A stretch of 64,000 bases of DNA from Cyclobacteriaceae bacterium (GCA_016787725.1 JAEUTZ010000005.1:72317-136316); one strand, 5' to 3'. Counted from the first letter of the stretch, positions 8,959 through 19,235 are shown. Notes: generated by a model from the letters alone, not told the origin. Numbers and translations: made by a program.

Positions 8959-11169
8959 ATGAGATTTTTATACCTCGTGGTGGGGTGTATGATTTCTGTT
9001 CCTTTGCTTGCACAGGAAAACGACACAACCACCTTTCTGAATGAGGTGGTGGTATCGGCAAACCGGTGGGAACAAAATCTGCGCGAAGTTTCCAGCCGTA
9101 TAGCCAAGGTGACGCCACAACTTATTCAATTTCAAAACCCCCAAACCAGTGCCGACTTGTTGGGTCTTTCCAACCAGGTGTTTATACAAAAAAGTCAGCT
9201 TGGGGGCGGAAGTCCTATGATCCGCGGCTTTGCTACCAACCGGGTGTTATTGGTCGTGGATGGTGTGCGCATGAACAATGCCATCTATCGTTCTGGCAAT
9301 TTGCAAAATGTAATCTCCTTCGATGCTAATGCGGTCGAAAATACCGAAGTGATCTTCGGCCCCGGCTCGGTAATCTATGGCAGCGATGCCATCGGTGGCG
9401 TGATGGACTTCCACACGCTGCAACCGAAACTAAGCACCGGAGAAAAGGCCACCTTTTCCGGTAATACATTTGGTCGGTACTCATCGGCCAACAAAGAAAA
9501 AACCGGTCATTTCGATTTCAACATCGGATTAGACAAGTGGGCCTTCACTACCAGCATTACATATGCTGACTACGATGATCTGAAAATGGGAACCAAAGGC
9601 CCGGAGGAATATACCCGGCCCGATTATCAGGTGCGTGATGAAAACGGGAACGACCTTGCCGTTATCAATCCTGATCCGAATGTGCAGATTCCTTCGGGCT
9701 ACGATCAACTGAATCTGATGCAAAAGATCCGGTTCAAACCTTTCAATGGGTTGGATCTTTCTTACGGATTTCATTACTCCACAACATCGGAAGTGCCCCG
9801 GTACGATCGGTTGATTCTGAAAAACAGTAGCGGTGTATTTACCAGTGCCGAATGGTATTACGGTCCGCAAGAATGGATGATGCATTCGCTTACTGCATGG
9901 TATTCAAAAAGTTCTCCGCTGTTCGATCAGGTAAAGTTTACGGCTGCGTTTCAGGATTATTCCGAAAGTCGGCATAACCGAAACTTTACCGGGGGGAATC
10001 GCAACCGCATGACAGAACGCTTCGAAAACGTTAAGGCACTGTCCTTCAACCTTGATTTTGATAAACAATTGAATGACAAATCAAGCTTATTTTACGGAGC
10101 CGAGTTCGTGAATAATACAGTTGGGTCTACGGCCCAGCGCAGGGATATTGTTTCCGGTGCTCTTTCACCCACTTCAACCCGCTACCCGGATGGATCGGAG
10201 TGGCGCTCGTTGGCAGTGTATGGCACGTTACGGCATAGGCTGAATGAGCAGGTTGTTGTTAATGCGGGCGCTCGTTTCAACTACGTGTATACTTACGCCC
10301 CGTACGATACCACCTTTTTCGATTTTCCGTTTACCGAAGCAACTTTAAAGAACCGTGCTGTAAACTGGAATGGCGGGTTGGTGTACAACCCGGTTGAAGC
10401 CTGGAAATTATATGGAAATATTGCTACCGGCTTTCGCGCTCCTAATGTGGATGACATTGGTAAGGTGTTTGATTCTCAACCCGGTTTTGTAGTGGTTCCA
10501 AATTCAGAGTTAAAACCGGAATATGCTTACAATGGTGAGGTGGGTTTAACCGGAACCATAGGAAACTTGCTTACCATCGATGTAGCGGCTTTTTATACTT
10601 ATCTCAATAATGCTATTGTCCGCGGACCCTCTACCTTTAACGAGCAGGATAGTATTGACTATGACGGTACCCTAAGCCAAGTAATGGCGCTCCAAAACAT
10701 CAGCCACCTTCGCGTTTGGGGTATTCAGGTTGCCCTTGCAAAACCAATTACACCTCATCTAAATTTTAGCGTCTCTATTAATTATCAAAAAGGAATGGAG
10801 AAATCCATTGAGGACGGGCAATATTATTCCCCTACGCATGTAGCTCCTCTTTTCGGATCCATTCAGCTGGCTTTCAAAAAACCAAAGTACCAGGTGGTGT
10901 TTTACTCGAATCTTAATGGTCAAATTTTGTTTGACGATCTGGCATTAAGCGAACGGGCCGACTCGCATTTATATGCACGCGATAACAATGGAAATCCATA
11001 TGCTCCATCCTGGTCAACGCTTAATTTAAAAGGCACCTACCATGTCACTTCATTTCTTAAACTGGATGCCGGTATTGAAAACATTCTGGATGAGCGATAC
11101 CGACCGTATTCGTCCGGTATTAGTGCCCCCGGGCGGAATCTACTATTTACATTGCGATTTAAATTTTAA
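8959..11169 (+). CDS. TonB-dependent outer-membrane receptor (likely metal/heme-chelate type)
   Basis: Signal peptide; TonB-box-like EVVVSA; plug motifs SPMIRG, VLLVVDGVRMN, EVIFGPGSVIYGSDAIGGV; C-terminal GRNLLFTLRFKF. Confidence 0.92.
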   Translation: MRFLYLVVGCMISVPLLAQENDTTTFLNEVVVSANRWEQNLREVSSRIAKVTPQLIQFQNPQTSADLLGLSNQVFIQKSQLGGGSPMIRGFATNRVLLVVDGVRMNNAIYRSGNLQNVISFDANAVENTEVIFGPGSVIYGSDAIGGVMDFHTLQPKLSTGEKATFSGNTFGRYSSANKEKTGHFDFNIGLDKWAFTTSITYADYDDLKMGTKGPEEYTRPDYQVRDENGNDLAVINPDPNVQIPSGYDQLNLMQKIRFKPFNGLDLSYGFHYSTTSEVPRYDRLILKNSSGVFTSAEWYYGPQEWMMHSLTAWYSKSSPLFDQVKFTAAFQDYSESRHNRNFTGGNRNRMTERFENVKALSFNLDFDKQLNDKSSLFYGAEFVNNTVGSTAQRRDIVSGALSPTSTRYPDGSEWRSLAVYGTLRHRLNEQVVVNAGARFNYVYTYAPYDTTFFDFPFTEATLKNRAVNWNGGLVYNPVEAWKLYGNIATGFRAPNVDDIGKVFDSQPGFVVVPNSELKPEYAYNGEVGLTGTIGNLLTIDVAAFYTYLNNAIVRGPSTFNEQDSIDYDGTLSQVMALQNISHLRVWGIQVALAKPITPHLNFSVSINYQKGMEKSIEDGQYYSPTHVAPLFGSIQLAFKKPKYQVVFYSNLNGQILFDDLALSERADSHLYARDNNGNPYAPSWSTLNLKGTYHVTSFLKLDAGIENILDERYRPYSSGISAPGRNLLFTLRFKF

Positions 11170-11212
11170 TCATCGAGCGGATGCATCCGGTTATCCTCAA
11201 CCCAATTAACAC

Positions 11213-11746
11213 ATGATCTTACAAAAATTGGTTCATCGGCTCCGACAGTTTCGTTTGTTACACCATTGGGTGGGTATCAGTGTAGTTCTATTTATGTTCA
11301 TCACCAGCTCCACTGGGGTTTTATTGGGGTGGAAGAAAAATGTAGAACTTCTTCAGCCGGCTACCCTGGTTGGCAGCAGCCAAGAGTTAAGCCATTGGGT
11401 AAGTTTTGAAAGGATCGCAACTGCGTCCCGCCATGCCATTGATTCGGTGGTGGGTAGGAAAATTGAAATTGACCGCATGGACGTACGGCCCGACAAAGGA
11501 ATGATTAAGGTAACCTTTCAAGAAGAATATTGGGAAGTTCAGATAGATGCAGCCTCTGGAAAAGTTCTATCGGTTGCTCAACGGCATGCCGACTGGATCG
11601 AGCACATTCACGATGGTTCGATTATCAGCGATGGATTCAAATTGTTCTACACGAACTACATTGGGGTTGGCCTCTTGCTACTTTCCGTCACTGGATTCTG
11701 GCTGTGGTATGGCCCTCGTGTTATCAGAAAAATCAAGCACCAATAG
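11213..11746 (+). CDS. PepSY-associated TM helix protein
   Basis: LHHWVGI N-terminal TM; PepSY-like QIDAASGKVL; IEHIHDG and SVTGFWLWY motifs. Confidence 0.8.
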   Translation: MILQKLVHRLRQFRLLHHWVGISVVLFMFITSSTGVLLGWKKNVELLQPATLVGSSQELSHWVSFERIATASRHAIDSVVGRKIEIDRMDVRPDKGMIKVTFQEEYWEVQIDAASGKVLSVAQRHADWIEHIHDGSIISDGFKLFYTNYIGVGLLLLSVTGFWLWYGPRVIRKIKHQ

Positions 11747-11756
11747 CTACTTGCAT

Positions 11757-12164
11757 TTACACGGATACACTAATTTGTGGATTAATCTTTTGCAGGAAAG
11801 CAATGAACGTTGCTCTTTCCAGTGGGGAAATTAAAACATAATCACCCTTACCATATTGGATTTCAATTCGGTCAAAGGAAAGGGCCGGGGAACTTAAGAT
11901 GTTCTTGGATTTCACAATGTACTTAATGGCAGAGATGGGGATAGTTTTATTGTAAATGAATCCGCTTTTTATTCTCAGTTGATCGGCTTCAATCTGATAA
12001 TACGTAGCGGTAAACAAATGAACGATGAAACTCGTTGTTGCCACCACAATCGACAACCCCGACCAACTTTGCATCACCACCATAAGAATAATAACAGGCC
12101 CCAGGAGAGCAGATAAGAAAATCACCAGGGCTGTATCAATCTTTGACTTAAAGATTCTTGTCAC
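11757..12164 (-). CDS. Membrane-anchored bacterial PH-domain protein
   Basis: FKSKID start, two TMs, LRIKSG...IPISAI...SSPALSFDRIEIQY..ISP pattern. Confidence 0.75.
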   Translation of the reverse strand: MTRIFKSKIDTALVIFLSALLGPVIILMVVMQSWSGLSIVVATTSFIVHLFTATYYQIEADQLRIKSGFIYNKTIPISAIKYIVKSKNILSSPALSFDRIEIQYGKGDYVLISPLERATFIAFLQKINPQISVSV

Positions 12165-12184
12165 GGCTTTATCTATATACCCTA

Positions 12185-13378
12185 TTAAATACCAACCTCA
12201 ATCTGGAAACGAACTATCCAACTATCCACATTCAGGGTTGCGCCTTCCAGCCATTTACCTTTCTCTAATGTAACATCCGTTTGCAGTTTTACCCGGTGTC
12301 CGCGGATATACTTGTTTGCTCCAAGAGTATATTGAGTGGTCTGGTCATCGAGTGCCTGAATTTTTTCAAACGGTGTTACTCGCGAATAACGTCCTACAAT
12401 CTCGTAGTTATTTTTAAAGAGATAGCTGGCTTGGTAATTTTGCCCAAAACCGGTATAGATGTAGCGGACATCTCCCTCGGCATTAGTAGTGATTGGATCA
12501 GGAGAATTTCTTTCCAGCCATTCGCAGGCAAGTGCCCAGCCGTTGTACTTGATCAGCAGGTCGGCCATCCGGGTGCTCATATCCCGTGGGGCATATAAAA
12601 ATCGCCCGGTTTGTCCCCCTGTACGGGTTGTGTTTTCATTTTTCGAACCGGTTACACCCACAGAAACTTTGGGTTTTGGTTCACGGGCCAGATCCCCCTC
12701 AAAGTAATCTCCTCCATTAGTAAACGGACCAAACGGCAGAAGTTCAACACGGCCCGTGTAATCCAGGCCCCGATCAGAGGAGACAATATTTCTTCCCTCA
12801 CCGGTTGAGATCGATCCCCGAAGCACATAATAGAATGTACCTAGATAGTTATTGTAATACATCTGAAATCCAAAATCGCGGTCAATATTAAAGGTAGAAT
12901 TTACGATAGAGCGATCGGCTAACTGTAAATCTCCTGAGGAGTTTACTCGTTGCCGGTTGCCTGGAAGTTTGGTTTGACCTAATCCAATAGCGAAATGATT
13001 ATTTACAGAATAAATCACCATGGCGTCCCGTACAATATTAGGAAATCCGGTATCATCAAAATCCATGTCAGCCCGTGTAAAGGACAACTGTATCAGATAG
13101 GTAAGGCGAGGATTGTAGATATATCCATCAAATCGAAGTCGCAATCTTCGTACTCGCGCCTCGACTTGATCGATTGAAAAGTCTGAGCTACTCTCGGTTT
13201 TGAAGGCCGCCCGGTTTTGCATCCGGAATCGAATGTTTAACAGGTATAAGCTGTCGGGCGAAATAATTCCTAACCCCTTGCCAAAAGTAAAATACGGAGA
13301 AGGGGTAACTTGCTGGGCAAAACACGAACCTGCTAAAACCAAAAGCAGTCCGGTTAAAGGGTAACGGATAAATTTCAT
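12185..13378 (-). CDS. Phosphate-selective porin, OprO/OprP-like
   Basis: Signal peptide; RRLRLRFDG, GQTKLPGNRQRVNSSGDLQLADRS and DRDFG motifs; C-terminal RFQIEVGI strand. Confidence 0.8.
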   Translation of the reverse strand: MKFIRYPLTGLLLVLAGSCFAQQVTPSPYFTFGKGLGIISPDSLYLLNIRFRMQNRAAFKTESSSDFSIDQVEARVRRLRLRFDGYIYNPRLTYLIQLSFTRADMDFDDTGFPNIVRDAMVIYSVNNHFAIGLGQTKLPGNRQRVNSSGDLQLADRSIVNSTFNIDRDFGFQMYYNNYLGTFYYVLRGSISTGEGRNIVSSDRGLDYTGRVELLPFGPFTNGGDYFEGDLAREPKPKVSVGVTGSKNENTTRTGGQTGRFLYAPRDMSTRMADLLIKYNGWALACEWLERNSPDPITTNAEGDVRYIYTGFGQNYQASYLFKNNYEIVGRYSRVTPFEKIQALDDQTTQYTLGANKYIRGHRVKLQTDVTLEKGKWLEGATLNVDSWIVRFQIEVGI

Positions 13379-13402
13379 GAACGCTTGGGGTAGTCCTTCA
13401 CA

Positions 13403-13420
13403 ATATTAATTTAATGTTAA
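13403..13420 (-). promoter_or_regulatory. Candidate Pho box (11-bp-period direct repeat) upstream of the porin
   Basis: Minus strand TTAACAT-TAAA-TTAATAT, 24 nt before the porin ATG; similar repeat upstream of phoD. Confidence 0.45.
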
Positions 13421-13448
13421 GAACTTAGCAGACCGGAATAAAATAAAA

Positions 13449-16163
13449 TTAGTGCGCTTCCAGCCAGTTGGCCCCAATACCTACTTCTACTTCCATGGGC
13501 ACTTCCAGAAGCACAGCCGATTTCATGAGCTCAATCACCTTGGGCTTAACAATTTCCTGCTCCTCCTTGTGAAGATCAAACACCAATTCATCGTGCACCT
13601 GCATGGTCATTTTGGTCCTTAGCTTTTCGCGCTCCAGCCATTTGTGGATAAGAATCATGGCTATTTTAATGATGTCGGCAGCACTGCCCTGAATGGGAGC
13701 ATTGATGGCGTTGCGCTCGGCAAACCCCCGGGTGGTGATGTTTCTGGAATTGATATCGCGTAGGTATCGCCTACGGCCTAGAATTGTTTCAACGTACTCC
13801 TTCTCGCGTGCAAAGTTGATGGAATCGTCCATGTATCGCTTGATGGCTGAGAATTCTTTGAAATAAGAGTCAATTATTTCGCCCGCTTCTGTGCGGGAGA
13901 TGCTGAGATTTTGTGATAGTCCAAACGCAGTACTGCCATATAATATTCCAAAGTTCACTTCCTTAGCCTTCCGTCTCATGTCCGGAGTAACCTTCTCCAA
14001 GGGAACCTTAAAAACTTTGGCTGCTGTGGTTGCATGAATGTCGCGTTTGTTGCGGAAGGCTTCAATCATGGTTTCATCCCGGGCAAAAGAAGCGGCAATT
14101 CGCAATTCAATTTGTGAATAGTCGGCCGACATGAATAAATAGTTTTTATCCCGGGGCACAAACGCCCCGCGGATCTGCCGGCCCTTCTCTGTTCGGATTG
14201 GAATGTTCTGCAGGTTGGGGTTGTTAGAACTCAATCGCCCTGTAGCAGCAACGGCTTGCCGGTAATCGGTGTGAATGCGATGATCGAACTTACTGACCAT
14301 TTTTGGTAGTGCATCTACATATGTGGAACGCAGCTTTTCATATTCGCGGAAGTCCAGAATTTTTCGGGCAATCTCATGTTCGTCTGCCAGTTTCACGAGC
14401 ACTTCCTCACCGGTGGCATATTGTCCGGTCTTTGTCTTCTTCGCCTTATCCAACAACTTCATTTTGTCGAACAGAATTTCTCCCAATTGCTTGGGTGAAG
14501 CTATGTTGAATTCCGCACCTGCAATTTCAAAGATCTCGCGTTGTACCTTGTGGCTGTCATTCTTCAACGCATCCGACATCCACTTGAGGGTTTCCTCATC
14601 AATACTTACACCTTCAAACTCCATCGTTGCAAGCACCTGTGCCAGGGGCATTTCAACATCATGCAACAGACGCCACTGACCACGCTTGGTCAATTCACTT
14701 TCAAGGTGTCCCTTCAGTTGCAAAACCAGGTCAACACGTTCGCAATGCGATTCTGCTGTTGTCGCTTCCTCGCCCAATTGATATTGTAAATACTGCCCAC
14801 ACAAAATACCGAGGTCGTGTGAAGCTTCCGGCTCAATCAGGTAGTGGGCCAGCAGGGTATCGAACAAAGGTCCTTGCACCTCTACCTGATGCTTCTTCAA
14901 TACTAAAATTGAGGGCTTGATGTTATGTCCGATTTTTCGGATCGCTTCATCTTCCAAAACAGATTTAAACCTTTCCAGTACCTGCTCACTTACCACCGGA
15001 ATGAGAAATGCCTGGCGGGCTGTATACGCAAATACCAGGCTTGTTATTTCATAATCAAAGTTCTCGGCATCGTCATAAATCGCGGCAAACGAAATCTCCC
15101 GTTGCTCCCTTAGATTTTGAATCAGGGCCACCTGTTCCTCTTCCTTCTCCAACACCCGATACGATACAGAACTAACATCCAATGCCATCTTCTCTCCGGG
15201 TGATTCAGTTTCACTCACACTCCCAAACATGGAAAGTTGAGCGGCTTTGGGCGTTGCGGCCGTAGCCGTTACAGACGATGATGATTGCAATCCAAAGATG
15301 CGTGGCATCATTGTTTTAAATTCCAACTCCTCCAGAATGGGTTTCAATTTCTCTGTGTCAGGTCCGGTATAAACCAGGTCTTCCTCATCCCAGGGTATGG
15401 GCACGTCCGTTACAATGGTGGCCAACTTTTTGGAAAGAATGGCTTGTTCGCCAAACTGTTCTACGCGTTCCCTTTGCTTTCCTTTTAATTCATTGGCATG
15501 AGCAACTACACCCTCAACCGTTTTGTAATGCTTCAATAATTCGGCTGCTGTTTTTGGTCCGATACCCGGAATGCCTGGAATATTATCCGAAGTATCGCCT
15601 TGCAGCCCAAGCATGTCAATCACTTGCGAAACCTCTTCGATATCCCATTTTTCACATACTTCTTTGGGGCCCAGCACATCCACGGCATTGCCCATGTAAG
15701 CCGGTTTATACAAATGGATTTTTTCGCTTACCAACTGCCCAAAGTCCTTATCGGGTGTCATCATAAAAACTTCAAAGCCCTCCTTCTCGGCTCGCCTGGC
15801 AATGGTGCCAATGATGTCATCGGCTTCATATCCATCCAATTCAAGAATGGGAATGTTAAAACCGCGTATAATTTCCTTCACGATCGGAATCCCACTTCGG
15901 ATGTCTTCGGGCGATTCCTGCCGGGTTGCTTTGTACTCCTTATAAATCTCATCGCGAAACGTAGGGGCTGCCGTATCAAAGGCTACCGCGATGTGTGTCG
16001 GTTTTTGCTTTTGAATAACTTCCAACAGTGTATTAGTAAATCCAAAAGGTACTGAGGTGTTGTGACCTTTCGAGTTGATGCGGGGATTTTTAGTAAATGC
16101 AAAATGTGCCCGGTAAATAAGCGCGTATGCATCCAATAGAAACAACTTTTTATCTGACGCCAT
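13449..16163 (-). CDS. polA: DNA polymerase I (3'-5' exonuclease site degenerate)
   Basis: 5'-3' exonuclease (LLDAYALIYRAHFA, YEADDIIG, GDTSDNIPGIPGIG); motif A SADYSQIELR; motif B KEVNFGILYG; motif C VHDELVF. Confidence 0.97.
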   Translation of the reverse strand: MASDKKLFLLDAYALIYRAHFAFTKNPRINSKGHNTSVPFGFTNTLLEVIQKQKPTHIAVAFDTAAPTFRDEIYKEYKATRQESPEDIRSGIPIVKEIIRGFNIPILELDGYEADDIIGTIARRAEKEGFEVFMMTPDKDFGQLVSEKIHLYKPAYMGNAVDVLGPKEVCEKWDIEEVSQVIDMLGLQGDTSDNIPGIPGIGPKTAAELLKHYKTVEGVVAHANELKGKQRERVEQFGEQAILSKKLATIVTDVPIPWDEEDLVYTGPDTEKLKPILEELEFKTMMPRIFGLQSSSSVTATAATPKAAQLSMFGSVSETESPGEKMALDVSSVSYRVLEKEEEQVALIQNLREQREISFAAIYDDAENFDYEITSLVFAYTARQAFLIPVVSEQVLERFKSVLEDEAIRKIGHNIKPSILVLKKHQVEVQGPLFDTLLAHYLIEPEASHDLGILCGQYLQYQLGEEATTAESHCERVDLVLQLKGHLESELTKRGQWRLLHDVEMPLAQVLATMEFEGVSIDEETLKWMSDALKNDSHKVQREIFEIAGAEFNIASPKQLGEILFDKMKLLDKAKKTKTGQYATGEEVLVKLADEHEIARKILDFREYEKLRSTYVDALPKMVSKFDHRIHTDYRQAVAATGRLSSNNPNLQNIPIRTEKGRQIRGAFVPRDKNYLFMSADYSQIELRIAASFARDETMIEAFRNKRDIHATTAAKVFKVPLEKVTPDMRRKAKEVNFGILYGSTAFGLSQNLSISRTEAGEIIDSYFKEFSAIKRYMDDSINFAREKEYVETILGRRRYLRDINSRNITTRGFAERNAINAPIQGSAADIIKIAMILIHKWLEREKLRTKMTMQVHDELVFDLHKEEQEIVKPKVIELMKSAVLLEVPMEVEVGIGANWLEAH

Positions 16164-16234
16164 GTGGCGAAGGTAGAAAGAAGCGGCTGAAGTTTATAGG
16201 AAAATTAACCTCCTGGAACCCGAAATTATAAGGC

Positions 16235-16846
16235 TTAAATTATCTTATTTTCAAACGCAGTACGCACAAGCGCAGCGGTGTTTTTCACCTGCAATTTAGA
16301 AATCAGATTCTTGCGATGAGAGTCTACTGTGCTGGCACTGACAAAAAGTTTATCTGCTATCTCCTGATTCGTTAAGCCCTCGGCTATCAGCTTCAGTACT
16401 TCAATTTCCCTGCGGGTAAGTAGCGGTTGATTGTGCTCTTTTATGCTTTCCCGAACCGAATCGCGCCCAAGCCAATATTCACCTCCCGCCACCACTGCCT
16501 GAATTGCTTTTTCAATTTCATCAAGTGAAGAATTCTTCAACAAGTAGCCATGGGCTCCTGCATCCTTCATACTTTGCAGGTACGTAAGCTGATCGAAATT
16601 GGTGAGGGCAATGATTTTCAATGCGGGCCTTCTTCGAATCAGCTCTTTGCATACTTCCATTCCATTTTGATCCGGCAGGTTGATATCTAACAAGACTACA
16701 TCTGCTGAATTCTTAACGAAAAACCCCAAACAAGAAGCTGCATTCATGGCATGACCTGCCACCTCAATAGGGGGAAGGTCGAGCAGCATACTCCGGATGC
16801 CTTCTATTACCATGGGGTGATCGTCCACGATAAATACACGTGTCAT
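16235..16846 (-). CDS. NarL/LuxR-family response regulator
   Basis: IVDDHP, LLDINLP and GYLLK receiver motifs; LTRREIEVL...TVDSHRKNLISKL HTH. Start set at ATG 16846 (ATGA overlap with the kinase). Confidence 0.92.
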   Translation of the reverse strand: MTRVFIVDDHPMVIEGIRSMLLDLPPIEVAGHAMNAASCLGFFVKNSADVVLLDINLPDQNGMEVCKELIRRRPALKIIALTNFDQLTYLQSMKDAGAHGYLLKNSSLDEIEKAIQAVVAGGEYWLGRDSVRESIKEHNQPLLTRREIEVLKLIAEGLTNQEIADKLFVSASTVDSHRKNLISKLQVKNTAALVRTAFENKII

Positions 16847-18789
16847 GATGCTGGAATCGTTATGTGCACGGAAGTTCCCTGGCCGAATGCCGATTGAACA
16901 TCCAGTTTGCCCTTCAGATATTCTACCCGCGATTGGATATTCGCCCACCCCGCCCCGGTAGTATTTTGAATAAGGGATGTATCAAATCCCACACCATCAT
17001 CTTCAACCGTTATGCTAACCTCACCATTTTGTCGTGCCAATTGCACCAATACCTGCGTGGCTTTGGCATGCTTGGCCGTGTTGCTTAGTAGTTCCTGAAC
17101 AATCCGGTAGATAAAGATTTCCGTATTGGAAGCAAGTCGGCTCTCCATGCCAATGGACTGAAAATCAATTTTAAATAGTTGCGACTCAGTTAGGCCTGCA
17201 CAATAACTTTTTAGTGCTTCAGCAAGTCCAAACTTCACCAGCACTTCCGGCATCATATTGTGTGCTACGCGTCTGAGCTCGGCAATGGAGTGATCCAGCA
17301 TATCAAGCGAACGCTCAAACACCAGCGCACTGTCGGAATCCAAAATTACATTTGATTTCATATTGGTAAGTGAAAATTTAATGCCTGATAATAACCCACC
17401 CAGGCCATCGTGCAGGTCTTTGGCTAATCGCCCCCGCTCCTCATCCTGTCCCTTGATTACAGCTTCGCTGGCAAGTAATTGCTTTTCCTTTTCGAGTTCG
17501 GCTATCCGTTGCTGTTGCAGATTTTGCCTCTGTCTATACGTGAGATAGGAGAGAATGGAGACAATCAAAATAAAAACTGCACTTCCCATCAAAATGTAAT
17601 TCAGTGTAGCTCGATTCTTTAATTGTTCCTTTTGGATTGTAATCTGATCATCCTTCTTCTCCGTCTCATACTTCTTTTCCAGTTCTAAGATAAAACTCTC
17701 TTGCTCTTGAGATTGAAGAGTGTCCTTAAGTTCAGTGTACTTTTTATAAAATTTATATGCCCCTTCCCAATTACCAGTGGCAACGTAAACATCACTTAAG
17801 GTGCCATACCCCTCTTTCATAAAAGTTTTGATAGAATCTTTTTCGGCCAACGCTATTCCTTCTTTTATGTATTTCTCAGCTTCCTTATAATTCTTTTGCT
17901 GTAAATGAACATACCCAATTTGAAGCAGTGGTTCAACCATACTCCATGAGTTTTTTGATTCCTGGGCATCATGATACACTTTTTGATAGTAATAGATTGC
18001 GCTATCATAGTGCATAAGATTTTGCCATGTGCTGGCTGAAAAAAGATAAAATATCTGTAAACGAGTTTTATCAACTCCAGGATAAATGTAGAGACGTGCT
18101 GTATCGAGATAACTCCTTGCCGCCCGAAAATCACCGATCTCTGTATAGTAATGAGGCTGCATGACGTACGCTGAAAACAAATCCTTTTTGACTCCACTCT
18201 TCTTAGCCGTTGACAGCGCTTTGTCCAGATAGTGCTTCAGCTTGTCCAGCACTTTTAACTGCTGGTATAACATAGACAGATTAACATAACTTGTAACGAG
18301 CTTTGAGGTGTTCTCCAACTTTTCGAGTACTGAGATTTGTTTGAGATAATACCGAGCCGATGTATCAAAGCTTTCCTGATATTGGAAATATATGGCCATG
18401 TCTCCATAGGCAGAGGCCAAACCATCTTTTGCTTTTGGATGATCAGACTTCATAAAAAAGCCAATGGCACGGGCAAGTGCCTGATGCTGCAAATCACTTT
18501 TTCGCTCAGACTGGTAGGCATATGCCTGATTCCAATGTGCCAACCCGGCATAATAGTCCATTTTTCTTTCAATACAGAAAGTAATCGTCTCGTCATAAAT
18601 CTCAATTGCTTTTGCGTTATCAAATGCTTCGGTATACAAGCCTAACTTCAACATCGCCAACACCCGGGTGCTATCGGGGAGTTCGTCTTCTAGTACGCGT
18701 TGAACACTATCGGCTAACGCTTTCTGCCCAGCAACATGTTGGCTCATTAAACTGAAAAAGACTATCAGGAAAATGCTAATTCTACGCAT
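16843..18789 (-). CDS. TPR-repeat sensor histidine kinase (HisKA_3)
   Basis: Signal peptide MRRISIFL; periplasmic TPR-like helices; one TM; H-box RLAKDLHDGLG, ELLSNTAKHA, DDGVGF, GQGT. Confidence 0.92.
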   Translation of the reverse strand: MRRISIFLIVFFSLMSQHVAGQKALADSVQRVLEDELPDSTRVLAMLKLGLYTEAFDNAKAIEIYDETITFCIERKMDYYAGLAHWNQAYAYQSERKSDLQHQALARAIGFFMKSDHPKAKDGLASAYGDMAIYFQYQESFDTSARYYLKQISVLEKLENTSKLVTSYVNLSMLYQQLKVLDKLKHYLDKALSTAKKSGVKKDLFSAYVMQPHYYTEIGDFRAARSYLDTARLYIYPGVDKTRLQIFYLFSASTWQNLMHYDSAIYYYQKVYHDAQESKNSWSMVEPLLQIGYVHLQQKNYKEAEKYIKEGIALAEKDSIKTFMKEGYGTLSDVYVATGNWEGAYKFYKKYTELKDTLQSQEQESFILELEKKYETEKKDDQITIQKEQLKNRATLNYILMGSAVFILIVSILSYLTYRQRQNLQQQRIAELEKEKQLLASEAVIKGQDEERGRLAKDLHDGLGGLLSGIKFSLTNMKSNVILDSDSALVFERSLDMLDHSIAELRRVAHNMMPEVLVKFGLAEALKSYCAGLTESQLFKIDFQSIGMESRLASNTEIFIYRIVQELLSNTAKHAKATQVLVQLARQNGEVSITVEDDGVGFDTSLIQNTTGAGWANIQSRVEYLKGKLDVQSAFGQGTSVHITIPAS

Positions 18790-18833
18790 GGTGTTAAATC
18801 GGCCACAAAGTAGACGTATGTCGTCTTTTATGG

Positions 18834-18877
18834 CTCCCCTTTTTAAGGGATTTAAAATAATCCCCAAACCGGGGATT
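18834..18877. promoter_or_regulatory. Palindromic operator pair upstream of the kinase
   Basis: TCCCCTTTTTAAGGGAT (18835-18851) and AATCCCC-AAACC-GGGGATT (18859-18877). Confidence 0.5.
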
Positions 18878-19148
18878 TAACTGCTCTTGAAAATTTTGTG
18901 ACCTTCCTAATATTACTGGCGATACCTTTCAATGAATTGATTTATGGCCTAATCTTCTTCTCGCGACATGACATAGTAAGCAACAAAGAGGTGCTAATGA
19001 GCATAGTGCCAAATGCATTACTTCATCATTCTTTTGCTTTAACTCATTATAAAGTAAATCTATAACAAGATAATCACCTGTAAATCATTCAACAAAAGTA
19101 CATGATGCGAATTTCGTAATCTATCTCTAAATGATAAGAATTTCCAAA

Positions 19149-19166
19149 ATCCACTTTTTAGGGGAT
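19149..19166. promoter_or_regulatory. Third copy of the palindromic operator, upstream of the LRR gene
   Basis: TCCACTTTTTAGGGGAT (19150-19166) matches 18835-18851 at 15 of 17 positions. Confidence 0.5.
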
Positions 19167-19235
19167 GGATGTGTGTAGAGGACCCATCAACTTTATGGTG
19201 TTGAAATGAACGGGAGTATTTAAATCCACCATGAT

